Source: a virus. Taken from it: a DNA stretch of 61,577 nt. A program made the translations under genes and the position numbers. The stretch is from positions 1-61,577 of the IMG/VR virus record IMGVR_UViG_3300035670_000212; one strand, 5' to 3'. Below are positions 54,927 through 61,577 of this stretch, in pieces (the first letter of the stretch is position 1; every line of letters starts with the position of its first letter). The notes under the pieces were generated by a model that worked only from the letters and a program-made list of their open reading frames with translations, did not search any database and was not told the DNA's origin.

Positions 54927-55622
54927 ATGGTTCCGTCCTGCCTCAAGGAGTACAAATTCACCAGCCAGCGCGCCAACATCCTGATCGAGCGCATCCTGAA
55001 GGCGCTGGAAGGCCAGCACATGACGCGCGCCGAACTGTGCGCCAAGCTTTACCGCAGCAAAACCAGCATCATGCACTACCTGCTATATCTGCGCGGCGAC
55101 AAGAAGCTGGGCTGGCCGCGCCGCATCTACATCGCCGAATGGCGGCCAAGCGGCGGGCATTACGTGCCGTGCTACGCCCTTGGCGACCAGCGCGACAAGA
55201 AGGAGCCGCCGCGCCTGAGTGACAAGGAGCGCAGCGCGCAGCGCATGGCGCAACTGCGAGCCGATCCGGTCAAGCATGAAGAATTGAAGGCCCGCCGCCG
55301 CGAGCTGCACAACTCGCCGCGCCCGCGCGAGACTTCCCTGTCGAATCGCATCCTGCGCCATCTCGCGCTGTGCGCCGGGCAGACTTCGCGCGAAATCGCG
55401 GCGGCGCTGGACGCGGACCTGCGCTGCACGGTCACGAACTTGCAGCGCCTGCGCCGGGGCGGCAAGGCGCGCGTGATCGCAAGGCCAGGCAAGAAGGCGA
55501 AGCTCTACTGGTACTTGACCACCGCCATCGACATTCCCGATGCGTCCAACGTCGTCACGGTGCGCGCCTGGGTGCGCCCGCGCGTAAAGCAGCAAAGCTG
55601 GGCTTCGGCTCTGGGAGTCTGA
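54927..55622 (+). CDS. Winged-helix DNA-binding protein candidate (231 aa)
   Basis: TAAATG coupling. Two MarR-like segments (...MTRAELCAKLYRSKTSIMHYLLYL..., ...QTSREIAAALDADLRCTVTNLQRLRR...). Confidence 0.55.
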   Translation: MVPSCLKEYKFTSQRANILIERILKALEGQHMTRAELCAKLYRSKTSIMHYLLYLRGDKKLGWPRRIYIAEWRPSGGHYVPCYALGDQRDKKEPPRLSDKERSAQRMAQLRADPVKHEELKARRRELHNSPRPRETSLSNRILRHLALCAGQTSREIAAALDADLRCTVTNLQRLRRGGKARVIARPGKKAKLYWYLTTAIDIPDASNVVTVRAWVRPRVKQQSWASALGV

Positions 55623-55623
55623 C

Positions 55624-55995
55624 ATGAAGCGCCGCCACTGGAACAAGAACGGCGTCGTGAGCCAGCGCCAGCAGATTTTCCTGTTCGTTGAAGAGAACCC
55701 CGGCTGCACCACGCAGGCCGTCAAGGACCGCTTCGGCATGGAGGGTAATCAGGCCAGTATGGCGCTGTCCAGGCTGCGCCGCGAAGGCGTGATCGCGGGC
55801 CGCAAAATGGACGACTCAAAGATGTGGGAATGGGTCGCCATCGAGAAGGACGGAGAAGACGGCAAGGATCGCGCGCCGTTCAAGCACATCCTGACTTCGA
55901 CCTGGACCGACAAGCCCGCGCGCTGCCCGCTGGTGGCGGCCCTGTTCGGGGAGGCGAACGCCGCCGATCCTTTCGCAGTACAGAACGCAGCATAA
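55624..55995 (+). CDS. Winged-helix protein candidate (123 aa)
   Basis: ...IFLFVEENPGCTTQAVKDRFGMEGNQASMALSRLRREGVI... Confidence 0.55.
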   Translation: MKRRHWNKNGVVSQRQQIFLFVEENPGCTTQAVKDRFGMEGNQASMALSRLRREGVIAGRKMDDSKMWEWVAIEKDGEDGKDRAPFKHILTSTWTDKPARCPLVAALFGEANAADPFAVQNAA

Positions 55996-56011
55996 CAACA
56001 GAGGGAATAGC

Positions 56012-56611
56012 ATGCCACGTGCAACTGTATTCTGGTCGGAAGAAGAAATTGAATTTCTAAAAAAGAATTACTTGAAACTAGGCCCGACAGGGTGCGCCAA
56101 ATTTTTACCGGACAAAGGGAGGGATAGAATAAGTAGATTCGCAAAAAATATAGGTCTAAGTGCGATTGCAGAATCTAGCAAGCAGCGGTTTGAGCTTTGC
56201 TTAAGGATTACGCCTAGCTGCTGGCTATGGGAGAAAGGAAAAGACGCAGATGGATATGGTCAATTCTACTTTGAGGGCTCAAACCAGCGCGCGCATCGTG
56301 TCTCATATCAACTTTATGTAGGCGCTTTACCTTCTGGATTATGTGTTTGCCATCGCTGCGACAACCCATCTTGCGTAAATCCGGACCACCTTTTTCTTGG
56401 AACCATTGGCGATAACAATATCGACAGACATAAGAAGGGGCGATCTCCTAAGGGGGAATCTATAGGCAGGTCAAAGCTAACAAGCGAACAGGTGTTGGAA
56501 ATTAAAGCATCAGCATCTACAGCCAAAGAAATGGCTGAAAAATTTGAAGTGACGGCAGCTACTATCCGCAAAATAAGAAATCGAAAGCTATGGAAACACG
56601 TAAACCCCTGA
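56012..56611 (+). CDS. HNH homing endonuclease (199 aa), AT-rich gene
   Basis: ...CWLWEKGKDADGYGQFYFEGSNQRAHRVSYQLYVGALPSGLCVCHRCDNPSCVNPDHLFLGT..DN is the classic HNH_3 pattern. Markedly lower GC than its neighbours. Confidence 0.85.
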   Translation: MPRATVFWSEEEIEFLKKNYLKLGPTGCAKFLPDKGRDRISRFAKNIGLSAIAESSKQRFELCLRITPSCWLWEKGKDADGYGQFYFEGSNQRAHRVSYQLYVGALPSGLCVCHRCDNPSCVNPDHLFLGTIGDNNIDRHKKGRSPKGESIGRSKLTSEQVLEIKASASTAKEMAEKFEVTAATIRKIRNRKLWKHVNP

Positions 56612-57087
56612 AAGTGTCAAAAAATCCCATGAAGCGATCTTCTATAGCTCGTGGAGACTCAACTCTCAAGACAGTCAGGCCGCTCCAAGCAAAACAGCCG
56701 ATGAAGCGCAGCAGTGTGCCGATGAAGGCCAGAAAGAGCGTGAAGGACAAGCCCAAGCGCGCGGCGCGCGAGAACCACGCGATCCGCCAGAGCGCACGCG
56801 GCCAGCAATGCACGATCTGCATTCCTGGCGTGTGCAACCGCAATCCTGAAACGGTAGTCTGGTGTCATGAGAACTCGTTTGTGGCTGGAAAAGGCATGGG
56901 CATCAAAGCGCGATGCGAGCATGGTGCGTACGGGTGTTCTTCATGCCATGCCGTTTTTGACGGCCAAGCGCCGCGCCCGCCCGGCTTGACGAAGGAAGAT
57001 GTCAACGTCTACTTCGCCAGGGGAAAGCACATCAGCAGGCAGATTCTCGTCCGGCTTGGGCTGTTGTCCGATTCCAACGATCAATAA
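56590..57087 (+). CDS. YbcO/DUF1364-like putative nuclease with a basic N-terminal repeat
   Basis: ...ARGQQCTICIPGVCNRNPETVVWCHEN...GAYGCSSCHAVFD parallels E. coli YbcO (ARGRECQVRIPGVCNGNPETSVLAH...ACSACHDEID). N-terminal K.PMKRSS occurs twice. The start is uncertain. Confidence 0.65.
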   Translation: METRKPLKVSKNPMKRSSIARGDSTLKTVRPLQAKQPMKRSSVPMKARKSVKDKPKRAARENHAIRQSARGQQCTICIPGVCNRNPETVVWCHENSFVAGKGMGIKARCEHGAYGCSSCHAVFDGQAPRPPGLTKEDVNVYFARGKHISRQILVRLGLLSDSNDQ

Positions 57088-57093
57088 TTTAAT

Positions 57094-57122
57094 TTGCGTT
57101 CCGTTTAAATTCGCGTTAATAT
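57094..57122 (+). promoter_or_regulatory. Candidate promoter with operator-like direct repeats
   Basis: TTGCGT, 17 nt spacer, TAATAT. Overlapped by aatttgcgtt (57091-57100) and aaattcgcgtt (57107-57117). Confidence 0.45.
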
Positions 57123-57158
57123 TTAACCCGGCTAAACAACGTTACTAAAGGAGCAAAA

Positions 57159-57485
57159 ATGCGAGCTAAACAGGTTCCGCCCTCGACCGACCCGAACATC
57201 ATCAGGGCGGAAAAGAAGGCGCAAAAAATGCTGTATGCATACATGCGCCAGCGCCACGGCATCCAGCAAGAGCTGGCGCGCGAAACCGGCATCAAAGCAT
57301 CGTTCCTGTCGCGCCTTGCCAACCGCGACAACCAGGTCATCGCCATGGAAACGGCGATTCTGATCGAACTGGCATCGAAGGGCGAACTGAAGGCTGAACT
57401 GCTGTGCCCGGCCCGCGCCGATGTCATCAAGCGCTTCCTGGCAGCGCGCCAACCGGAGAGCGCGCCATGCTCGCCTACCGCGTAA
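57159..57485 (+). CDS. Cro/YdaS-like HTH protein (108 aa)
   Basis: AAAGGAGCAAAA precedes ATG 57159. ...IQQELARETGIKASFLSRLAN...IELASKGELKAELLCP... fits the YdaS/Cro-type pattern. Confidence 0.65.
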   Translation: MRAKQVPPSTDPNIIRAEKKAQKMLYAYMRQRHGIQQELARETGIKASFLSRLANRDNQVIAMETAILIELASKGELKAELLCPARADVIKRFLAARQPESAPCSPTA

Positions 57486-57703
57486 CCGGGCCGGACGAAT
57501 CAGGCATGTATTGGCTCGCGTACCCAACGCCAGGCGCAGAACACGTTCTGACGCTTGCCGGTTGCTCGCCCAGCAAGGCGCTGGCTGACGAGGAATGCGC
57601 GCGCCTGAACGAATTGCAGATCGTTGACCGCCGCGCCGCCATCCGCGACAGGGCCGACCGCATCGTGGACGATCTGACGCCGGGCGAAAGGAGCGGCAAG
57701 TAA
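57467..57703 (+). CDS. Small hypothetical protein (78 aa)
   Basis: ATG 57467, in ORF 57404..57703. TAATG coupling to the O-like gene. Confidence 0.5.
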   Translation: MLAYRVTGPDESGMYWLAYPTPGAEHVLTLAGCSPSKALADEECARLNELQIVDRRAAIRDRADRIVDDLTPGERSGK

Positions 57704-58533
57704 TGGCGTCACCGCAGCTTGAAGACGGCTACATCAGGATCGCCAACGAACTGATGGAGGCCATTTTAGGATTCGGCTTCACGCACCGCGAAGTCATGGT
57801 GCTGTTCGCCATCATCCGCAAGACCTACGGCTACGGGAAAAAGAAGGATGACATCTCAGCATCGCAGCTTGGCGACCTGTGCGGCATCGCGCGCCAGCAC
57901 GTTACGACGACCCTGAACACGCTGGCGCAATGCAACGTCATCACCAAGGAAAAAGGGCAGTTCGGCTCGATCATCGGCGTGCAGAAAAACTACAAGAAGT
58001 GGATCACCTCCACTCGGCTGAAGGAGATTGTTGCTAGTCCCGATTCGGGACAGGTAGGTAGTCCCAATTTGGGACAGGGTAGTCCCGAATCGGGACATGT
58101 CCCAAATCAGGACGCATGTAGTCCCGAATTGGGACAGGTCGATAGTCCCACGGTGGGACACACAAAAGACAACCTTCCAAAAGACAATCCTACAAAGAAA
58201 GGCCCGCGTGAGGAAGTGACGTTCAAGCAGTGGATGGAGGCATGTGCCGAGCAACAGGTTGCTCCGATTCCTGAAGACGATCCGGTCTTCGGTTATGCAG
58301 ACGATGTAGGGCTGACGACCGATTTCATCCGCATGGCTTGGGTCGAGTTCAAGCGCAAGTACGGCGCGAATAGAAAGAAATACAAGAACTGGAACCAGCA
58401 CTTCCAGAATGCAGTGCGGGAAAACTGGTACGGCATCTGGTACGAGAAGGATGGAGTCTGGCACCTGACAACCCGTGGCAAGCAAATCGAAATTGAAATG
58501 AGGGCAAGGAAAAATGAACAACATGCAGCATGA
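57703..58533 (+). CDS. Replication initiator, lambda-O-like N-terminal domain
   Basis: ...GYIRIANELMEAILGFGFTHREVMVLFAIIRKTYGYGKKKDDISASQLGDLCGIARQHV... matches the phage Rep_O N-terminal pattern. Contains the internal iteron array. Confidence 0.8.
   Translation: MASPQLEDGYIRIANELMEAILGFGFTHREVMVLFAIIRKTYGYGKKKDDISASQLGDLCGIARQHVTTTLNTLAQCNVITKEKGQFGSIIGVQKNYKKWITSTRLKEIVASPDSGQVGSPNLGQGSPESGHVPNQDACSPELGQVDSPTVGHTKDNLPKDNPTKKGPREEVTFKQWMEACAEQQVAPIPEDDPVFGYADDVGLTTDFIRMAWVEFKRKYGANRKKYKNWNQHFQNAVRENWYGIWYEKDGVWHLTTRGKQIEIEMRARKNEQHAA
58037..58159. repeat. Origin iterons: six 15-bp GTCCC-N5-GGGAC (4th copy AGGAC) palindromic repeats inside the O-like gene
   Basis: Copies at 58037, 58061, 58082, 58099, 58121 and 58145. 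An A-rich stretch follows (58160-58203). Confidence 0.85.
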
Positions 58534-59887
58534 GGACAACGCCGTATCGATCCGCGCCGAGCAGGCCGTACTTGGGGCGTTATTGGCAGACAACGATGCA
58601 CTAGACCGCATCACAGACCTAGACCCGTCACATTTCTATCGCGCTGACCATCGCCTCATCTTCACTGAGTTGCGTTGCCAGATCGCGGAGGGTAAACGTG
58701 CTGACGCAATTACGCTCTACGAGCAGTTGCAAAATACCGTAGAAGACTGCCTGCCCTACCTCGCGCAACTGCGCCAGTCGGCGGTCAGTTCCGCTAACAT
58801 CACCCGTCACGCCTCCATCGTCATCGACAAGGCCACCAAACGGGCGCTGGCGGGCCTTTCGGACGAAATGCGGGAACTGGCAGCCTCGCCTCAATCGGCG
58901 AGCCTATGCGTCGATCTGATGGCCTCCAGGCTTGAAGAGTTGGCGCATAAGAAAACCAGCCGCGACCCGGTGCGTATCGATTCGATGCTGGCCGACTATG
59001 CCGACGTACTGACGCGCCGTATGAATGGCGAAATCCGCCCCATCTCGACCGGCTACCGCGACCTGGACGAGCAGATGGATGGTGGCCTGGAGCGCGGCAC
59101 CTTGACTATCATCGCTGGCCGTCCGCGCATGGGCAAGACGGCGGCGGGCCTGGGCATCGCCCGCAATTCGTCCTACGATGGCGCGTCCCTGTTCTTTTCG
59201 ATGGAGATGTCGCGCGACCAGGTCAGCGACCGCAACGTCTCGGCACTCGGCCATGTGCCGATCAAGTGGCTCAGGAAGCCTACCGAGCATGAGCGCGACA
59301 AGATGAATTGGGAGGGCATGACGGCGGCGTTTCACAAGGCGCGCAACCTGAACCTGTTCATCGATGACGAGACGGGCCTGAACATGCTGGAAATCCGCGC
59401 CAAGGCGCGCGCCGTCAAGCGCAAGCACGGTCTGGACGTGATCGTGATCGACCAGCTCTCGTTCATCACGGGCGGCAAGTCCGACAAGCGCTACGAGGTC
59501 GTGGGCGAATACACCCGCGCGCTGGTGGCGCTGTCGAAGGAACTGGATTGCGCCGTGGTGCTGCTTTGCCAACTGAATCGCAAGTGCGAGGAACGCCCGA
59601 ACAAGCGCCCGATCCTGTCGGACCTTGCCGAATCTGGCTCCATCGAGCAGGATGCAGCGAACATCATTTTCCTGCACCGGGAAGTGATCTACAACCCGGA
59701 CCTGCCGGAAGGCGAGCGCGACATCTGCGAATGGATCATCGCCAAGCAGCGCCAGGGCGAGCCGGGCACGGTCGGCCTGAAGTACGTCGGGCACCTGACG
59801 CGCTTCGATGACCTGCCGTATCGCTGGACGCCAAAGCGCGAAGACCCAGACCGGCGCAAGGGCGACCGGCGCGGCGGCTTGAGTTAA
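58514..59887 (+). CDS. dnaB: Replicative DNA helicase, DnaB family
   Basis: ...AEQAVLGALLADNDALD... (N-terminal domain), GTLTIIAGRPRMGKTA (Walker A), VIVIDQLSF (Walker B), ...AESGSIEQDA... Confidence 0.9.
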   Translation: MNNMQHEDNAVSIRAEQAVLGALLADNDALDRITDLDPSHFYRADHRLIFTELRCQIAEGKRADAITLYEQLQNTVEDCLPYLAQLRQSAVSSANITRHASIVIDKATKRALAGLSDEMRELAASPQSASLCVDLMASRLEELAHKKTSRDPVRIDSMLADYADVLTRRMNGEIRPISTGYRDLDEQMDGGLERGTLTIIAGRPRMGKTAAGLGIARNSSYDGASLFFSMEMSRDQVSDRNVSALGHVPIKWLRKPTEHERDKMNWEGMTAAFHKARNLNLFIDDETGLNMLEIRAKARAVKRKHGLDVIVIDQLSFITGGKSDKRYEVVGEYTRALVALSKELDCAVVLLCQLNRKCEERPNKRPILSDLAESGSIEQDAANIIFLHREVIYNPDLPEGERDICEWIIAKQRQGEPGTVGLKYVGHLTRFDDLPYRWTPKREDPDRRKGDRRGGLS

Positions 59888-59897
59888 GGAAGCTGAC

Positions 59898-60131
59898 ATG
59901 AAAGACATCCTCCAACGGCGCACCAAGCGCGATGACGTGCCGCTGGTGCGGACGTGGCGCGAGCGCGCCGGGCTGCCGACGACGTTTCCGCTGGAGTTTG
60001 CAACGCCGGTTGAAAAGGCGATGGTCGAGGAAATCGCGGAACTGCGTGAGACCCTGGAGGCGCTGTTGTGGCCTTCGCGCGTCAAGGTGGCGATTGACCC
60101 GCGCCAGATGGACATCGAGGACGAGGAATGA
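59898..60131 (+). CDS. Hypothetical protein (77 aa)
   Basis: ORF track. ATGA coupling downstream. Confidence 0.6.
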   Translation: MKDILQRRTKRDDVPLVRTWRERAGLPTTFPLEFATPVEKAMVEEIAELRETLEALLWPSRVKVAIDPRQMDIEDEE

Positions 60132-60364
60132 CGGCCCGCTACGAAGCGCGCGGCGTGCGCTGCCTGGAGTGTAAGGGGTTAGACCTGCAATCGAATCCCG
60201 AGCAGGCCAAGGGCGGCTTCGGCTGGTGCGCCTTAAAACCTGTTCCGCAGTTCGTCTCGGCGGGCATGGCGCGCAACTGCGTGGAGTTTGACCCTGCGCC
60301 GGAAGATGTGGTTGCGCCGCGCGACGCCTGGGACAAGGGGCGGCGCATGTTCTGGCAGAAGTAA
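60128..60364 (+). CDS. Hypothetical protein (78 aa)
   Basis: ATGA overlap at 60128. Contains a CLEC Cys pair. Confidence 0.55.
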   Translation: MTARYEARGVRCLECKGLDLQSNPEQAKGGFGWCALKPVPQFVSAGMARNCVEFDPAPEDVVAPRDAWDKGRRMFWQK

Positions 60365-60410
60365 AACGCGATGCGCGCCCGCGATGAGGCGAGCAAACTA
60401 GGGAGAAAGC

Positions 60411-60800
60411 ATGAATTTGAATTCCGAACACGCACGCAGCGCCGCTGAGGTGCTGACCGACGTTTGCCACGGCTATGCCTTCGCGGCGGGCTGGTGGAAC
60501 TCGAATGATCCGAACACCAGCAAGGCAAACCCGTTGCACTTCTCGAATAAGCTTTGCCTGATTCACTCGGAAATCAGTGAGGCGATGGAGGGCGACCGCA
60601 AGAAGCTGAAGGACGACAAGCTGCCGCACCGCGACATGCGCGAAGTGGAGCTGGCCGATGCCGTGATCCGTATCTTCGACCTAGCAGGCGGCTACGGCAT
60701 GGACTTGGCTGGGGCAATCGCCGAGAAACTAGCCTATAACGCCAGCCGGGCAGACCACAAGCCCGAGAATCGCGCTGCTGCTGGCGGTAAGGCGTATTGA
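60411..60800 (+). CDS. MazG-like nucleotide pyrophosphohydrolase
   Basis: ...LCLIHSEISEAMEGDRK...EVELADAVIRIFDLAGGYGMDLAGAIAEKLAYNASR... matches the all-alpha NTP-PPase E..E...E..D pattern. Confidence 0.75.
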   Translation: MNLNSEHARSAAEVLTDVCHGYAFAAGWWNSNDPNTSKANPLHFSNKLCLIHSEISEAMEGDRKKLKDDKLPHRDMREVELADAVIRIFDLAGGYGMDLAGAIAEKLAYNASRADHKPENRAAAGGKAY

Positions 60801-60849
60801 CCGGAAGCCGCGCCTCAGTGCGCGGCAATCTATAACGACAGGAGAAATC

Positions 60850-61263
60850 ATGAAACTACCAACGATGCCAGTCTGGGTCCGCGTCAAGAAAGTGCAGGCC
60901 GCGAGAATTACGGGCTGGGCGATCAATGACGAGCGCGGCCTGACGCTGGCGCTGGACGTGCCGGGCGGCGCAACAGTCGATGTCTCACTGCCGTACGCAC
61001 GCATGAACAAGCCGGAAATAGGGCATTGGTTCCTGGTTGACGAAAACGGCGGGACGAGAACCGTATCGCCCCAGCACTTCGAGCAGCGGTATCAGCGCGC
61101 GCCCGACCCGCAGCCGGTGCTCTGGCCGGAAATCCAGCGCCTGGCGTCGATGCAGCCGCAGGCCGAGCTTGTCAAGAAGATGTGCGAACCCGTGCAGCGC
61201 GGCGGCGACATCTTCGGCACGCGGGCGCAGATGGACATTGTGCTGGGCAAGGGGGCTGCTTGA
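60850..61263 (+). CDS. Hypothetical protein (137 aa)
   Basis: CAGGAGAAATC precedes ATG 60850. TGATG coupling to rusA. Confidence 0.65.
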   Translation: MKLPTMPVWVRVKKVQAARITGWAINDERGLTLALDVPGGATVDVSLPYARMNKPEIGHWFLVDENGGTRTVSPQHFEQRYQRAPDPQPVLWPEIQRLASMQPQAELVKKMCEPVQRGGDIFGTRAQMDIVLGKGAA

Positions 61264-61577
61264 TGCTGGTCGAGTTCACCGTTCCCGGTCAGCCGGTTGC
61301 AAAAGGTCGGCCACGCTTCGCCCGGCGCGGCGCAAACGTGGTTGCCTACACACCCGCCAAGACGGTCAGCTACGAAAGGCTGGTGGCGCTGGCGGCCAAG
61401 GTGGCGATGGCTGGGCGCGGGCCGAGCGAGCAGCCGCTGCATTTGGCCGTAACCATTTCCTTGCAAGTGCCGGAAAGCTGGTCGAATCGGCGGCGCGAAG
61501 CGGCGCTGTCCGGCGCAATCCGCGCCACCAAGCGCCCCGACCTGGATAACTACGTCAAGGGAATTTTCGATGGCTGC
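61263..61577 (+). CDS. rusA: RusA-family resolvase, N-terminal part (runs off the contig end and continues at base 128)
   Basis: MLVEFTVPGQPVAKGRPRF...AYTPAKTVSYE... is the RusA N-terminal signature. In frame with 1..244 via the overlap. Confidence 0.85.
   Translation, partial: MLVEFTVPGQPVAKGRPRFARRGANVVAYTPAKTVSYERLVALAAKVAMAGRGPSEQPLHLAVTISLQVPESWSNRRREAALSGAIRATKRPDLDNYVKGIFDGC
61451..61577. repeat. Contig-end overlap, identical to 1-127
   Basis: Direct comparison with bases 1-127. Confidence 0.9.

Noticed and set aside
58037-58159. Regularly spaced short repeats that could be mistaken for a mini-CRISPR array.
   Set aside because: The repeats are 15-bp palindromes with 2-9-bp spacers inside the O-like initiator ORF, followed by an A-rich tract. 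This is classic origin-iteron architecture, and there are no cas genes.
1-61577. Search for tRNA/rRNA genes, an integrase/excisionase, attP, a CI-sized repressor, a phage RNA polymerase and an Rz/Rz1 spanin pair.
   Set aside because: None could be supported by eye. Intergenic gaps are short and lack cloverleaf-capable GC-rich stems. No Tyr/Ser recombinase motifs were seen in any long ORF.

Overview
The window is one complete, circularly closed genome of a GC-rich tailed dsDNA phage. The unit is about 61,450 bp, and bases 1-127 repeat 61451-61577. I see no rRNA, tRNA, CRISPR array, integrase or CI-sized repressor.

Layout:
- Switch: a divergent promoter/operator region at 54.04-54.21 kb.
- Leftward recombination operon (54041 to 48150): a DUF1351-like coiled-coil protein, RecT, a PD-(D/E)xK exonuclease, a lipoprotein and small proteins.
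- Rightward early/replication operon (54214 to 61577, wrapping to 1440): Cro-like HTH, winged-helix proteins, an AT-rich HNH + YbcO-like nuclease island, a lambda-O-like initiator with six internal iterons, DnaB, a MazG-like NTP-PPase, and RusA spanning the contig junction.
- Accessory block (1.5-10.2 kb): many small, translationally coupled genes, including DUF551 proteins and a compact C5 cytosine methyltransferase.
- Late block (10.5-48.1 kb): TerS, an intein-containing TerL, an HslV/proteasome-like Ntn peptidase, portal, an Acb2-like small protein, scaffold, a CsrA-like small protein, an N4-gp56-type major capsid protein, tail and fibre genes, virion-module GNAT and PAPS-reductase-like genes, a 3246-codon polyvalent virion protein, holin / GH108 endolysin / 3TM-holin, a tailspike and an Ig-repeat fibre.

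From memory, the layout resembles Bcep22-type podophages; this is inference only.

Most unusual observations:
1. The methyltransferase locus carries two co-extensive, protein-like reading frames.
2. A homing-endonuclease-like two-gene cassette sits out of frame inside the giant virion ORF, which stays open across it.
3. A CsrA-like gene bracketed by a perfect 14-bp inverted repeat sits directly upstream of a near-consensus promoter and a start-codon-occluding hairpin of the capsid gene.

All family assignments come from motif recognition by eye. No database search was run.
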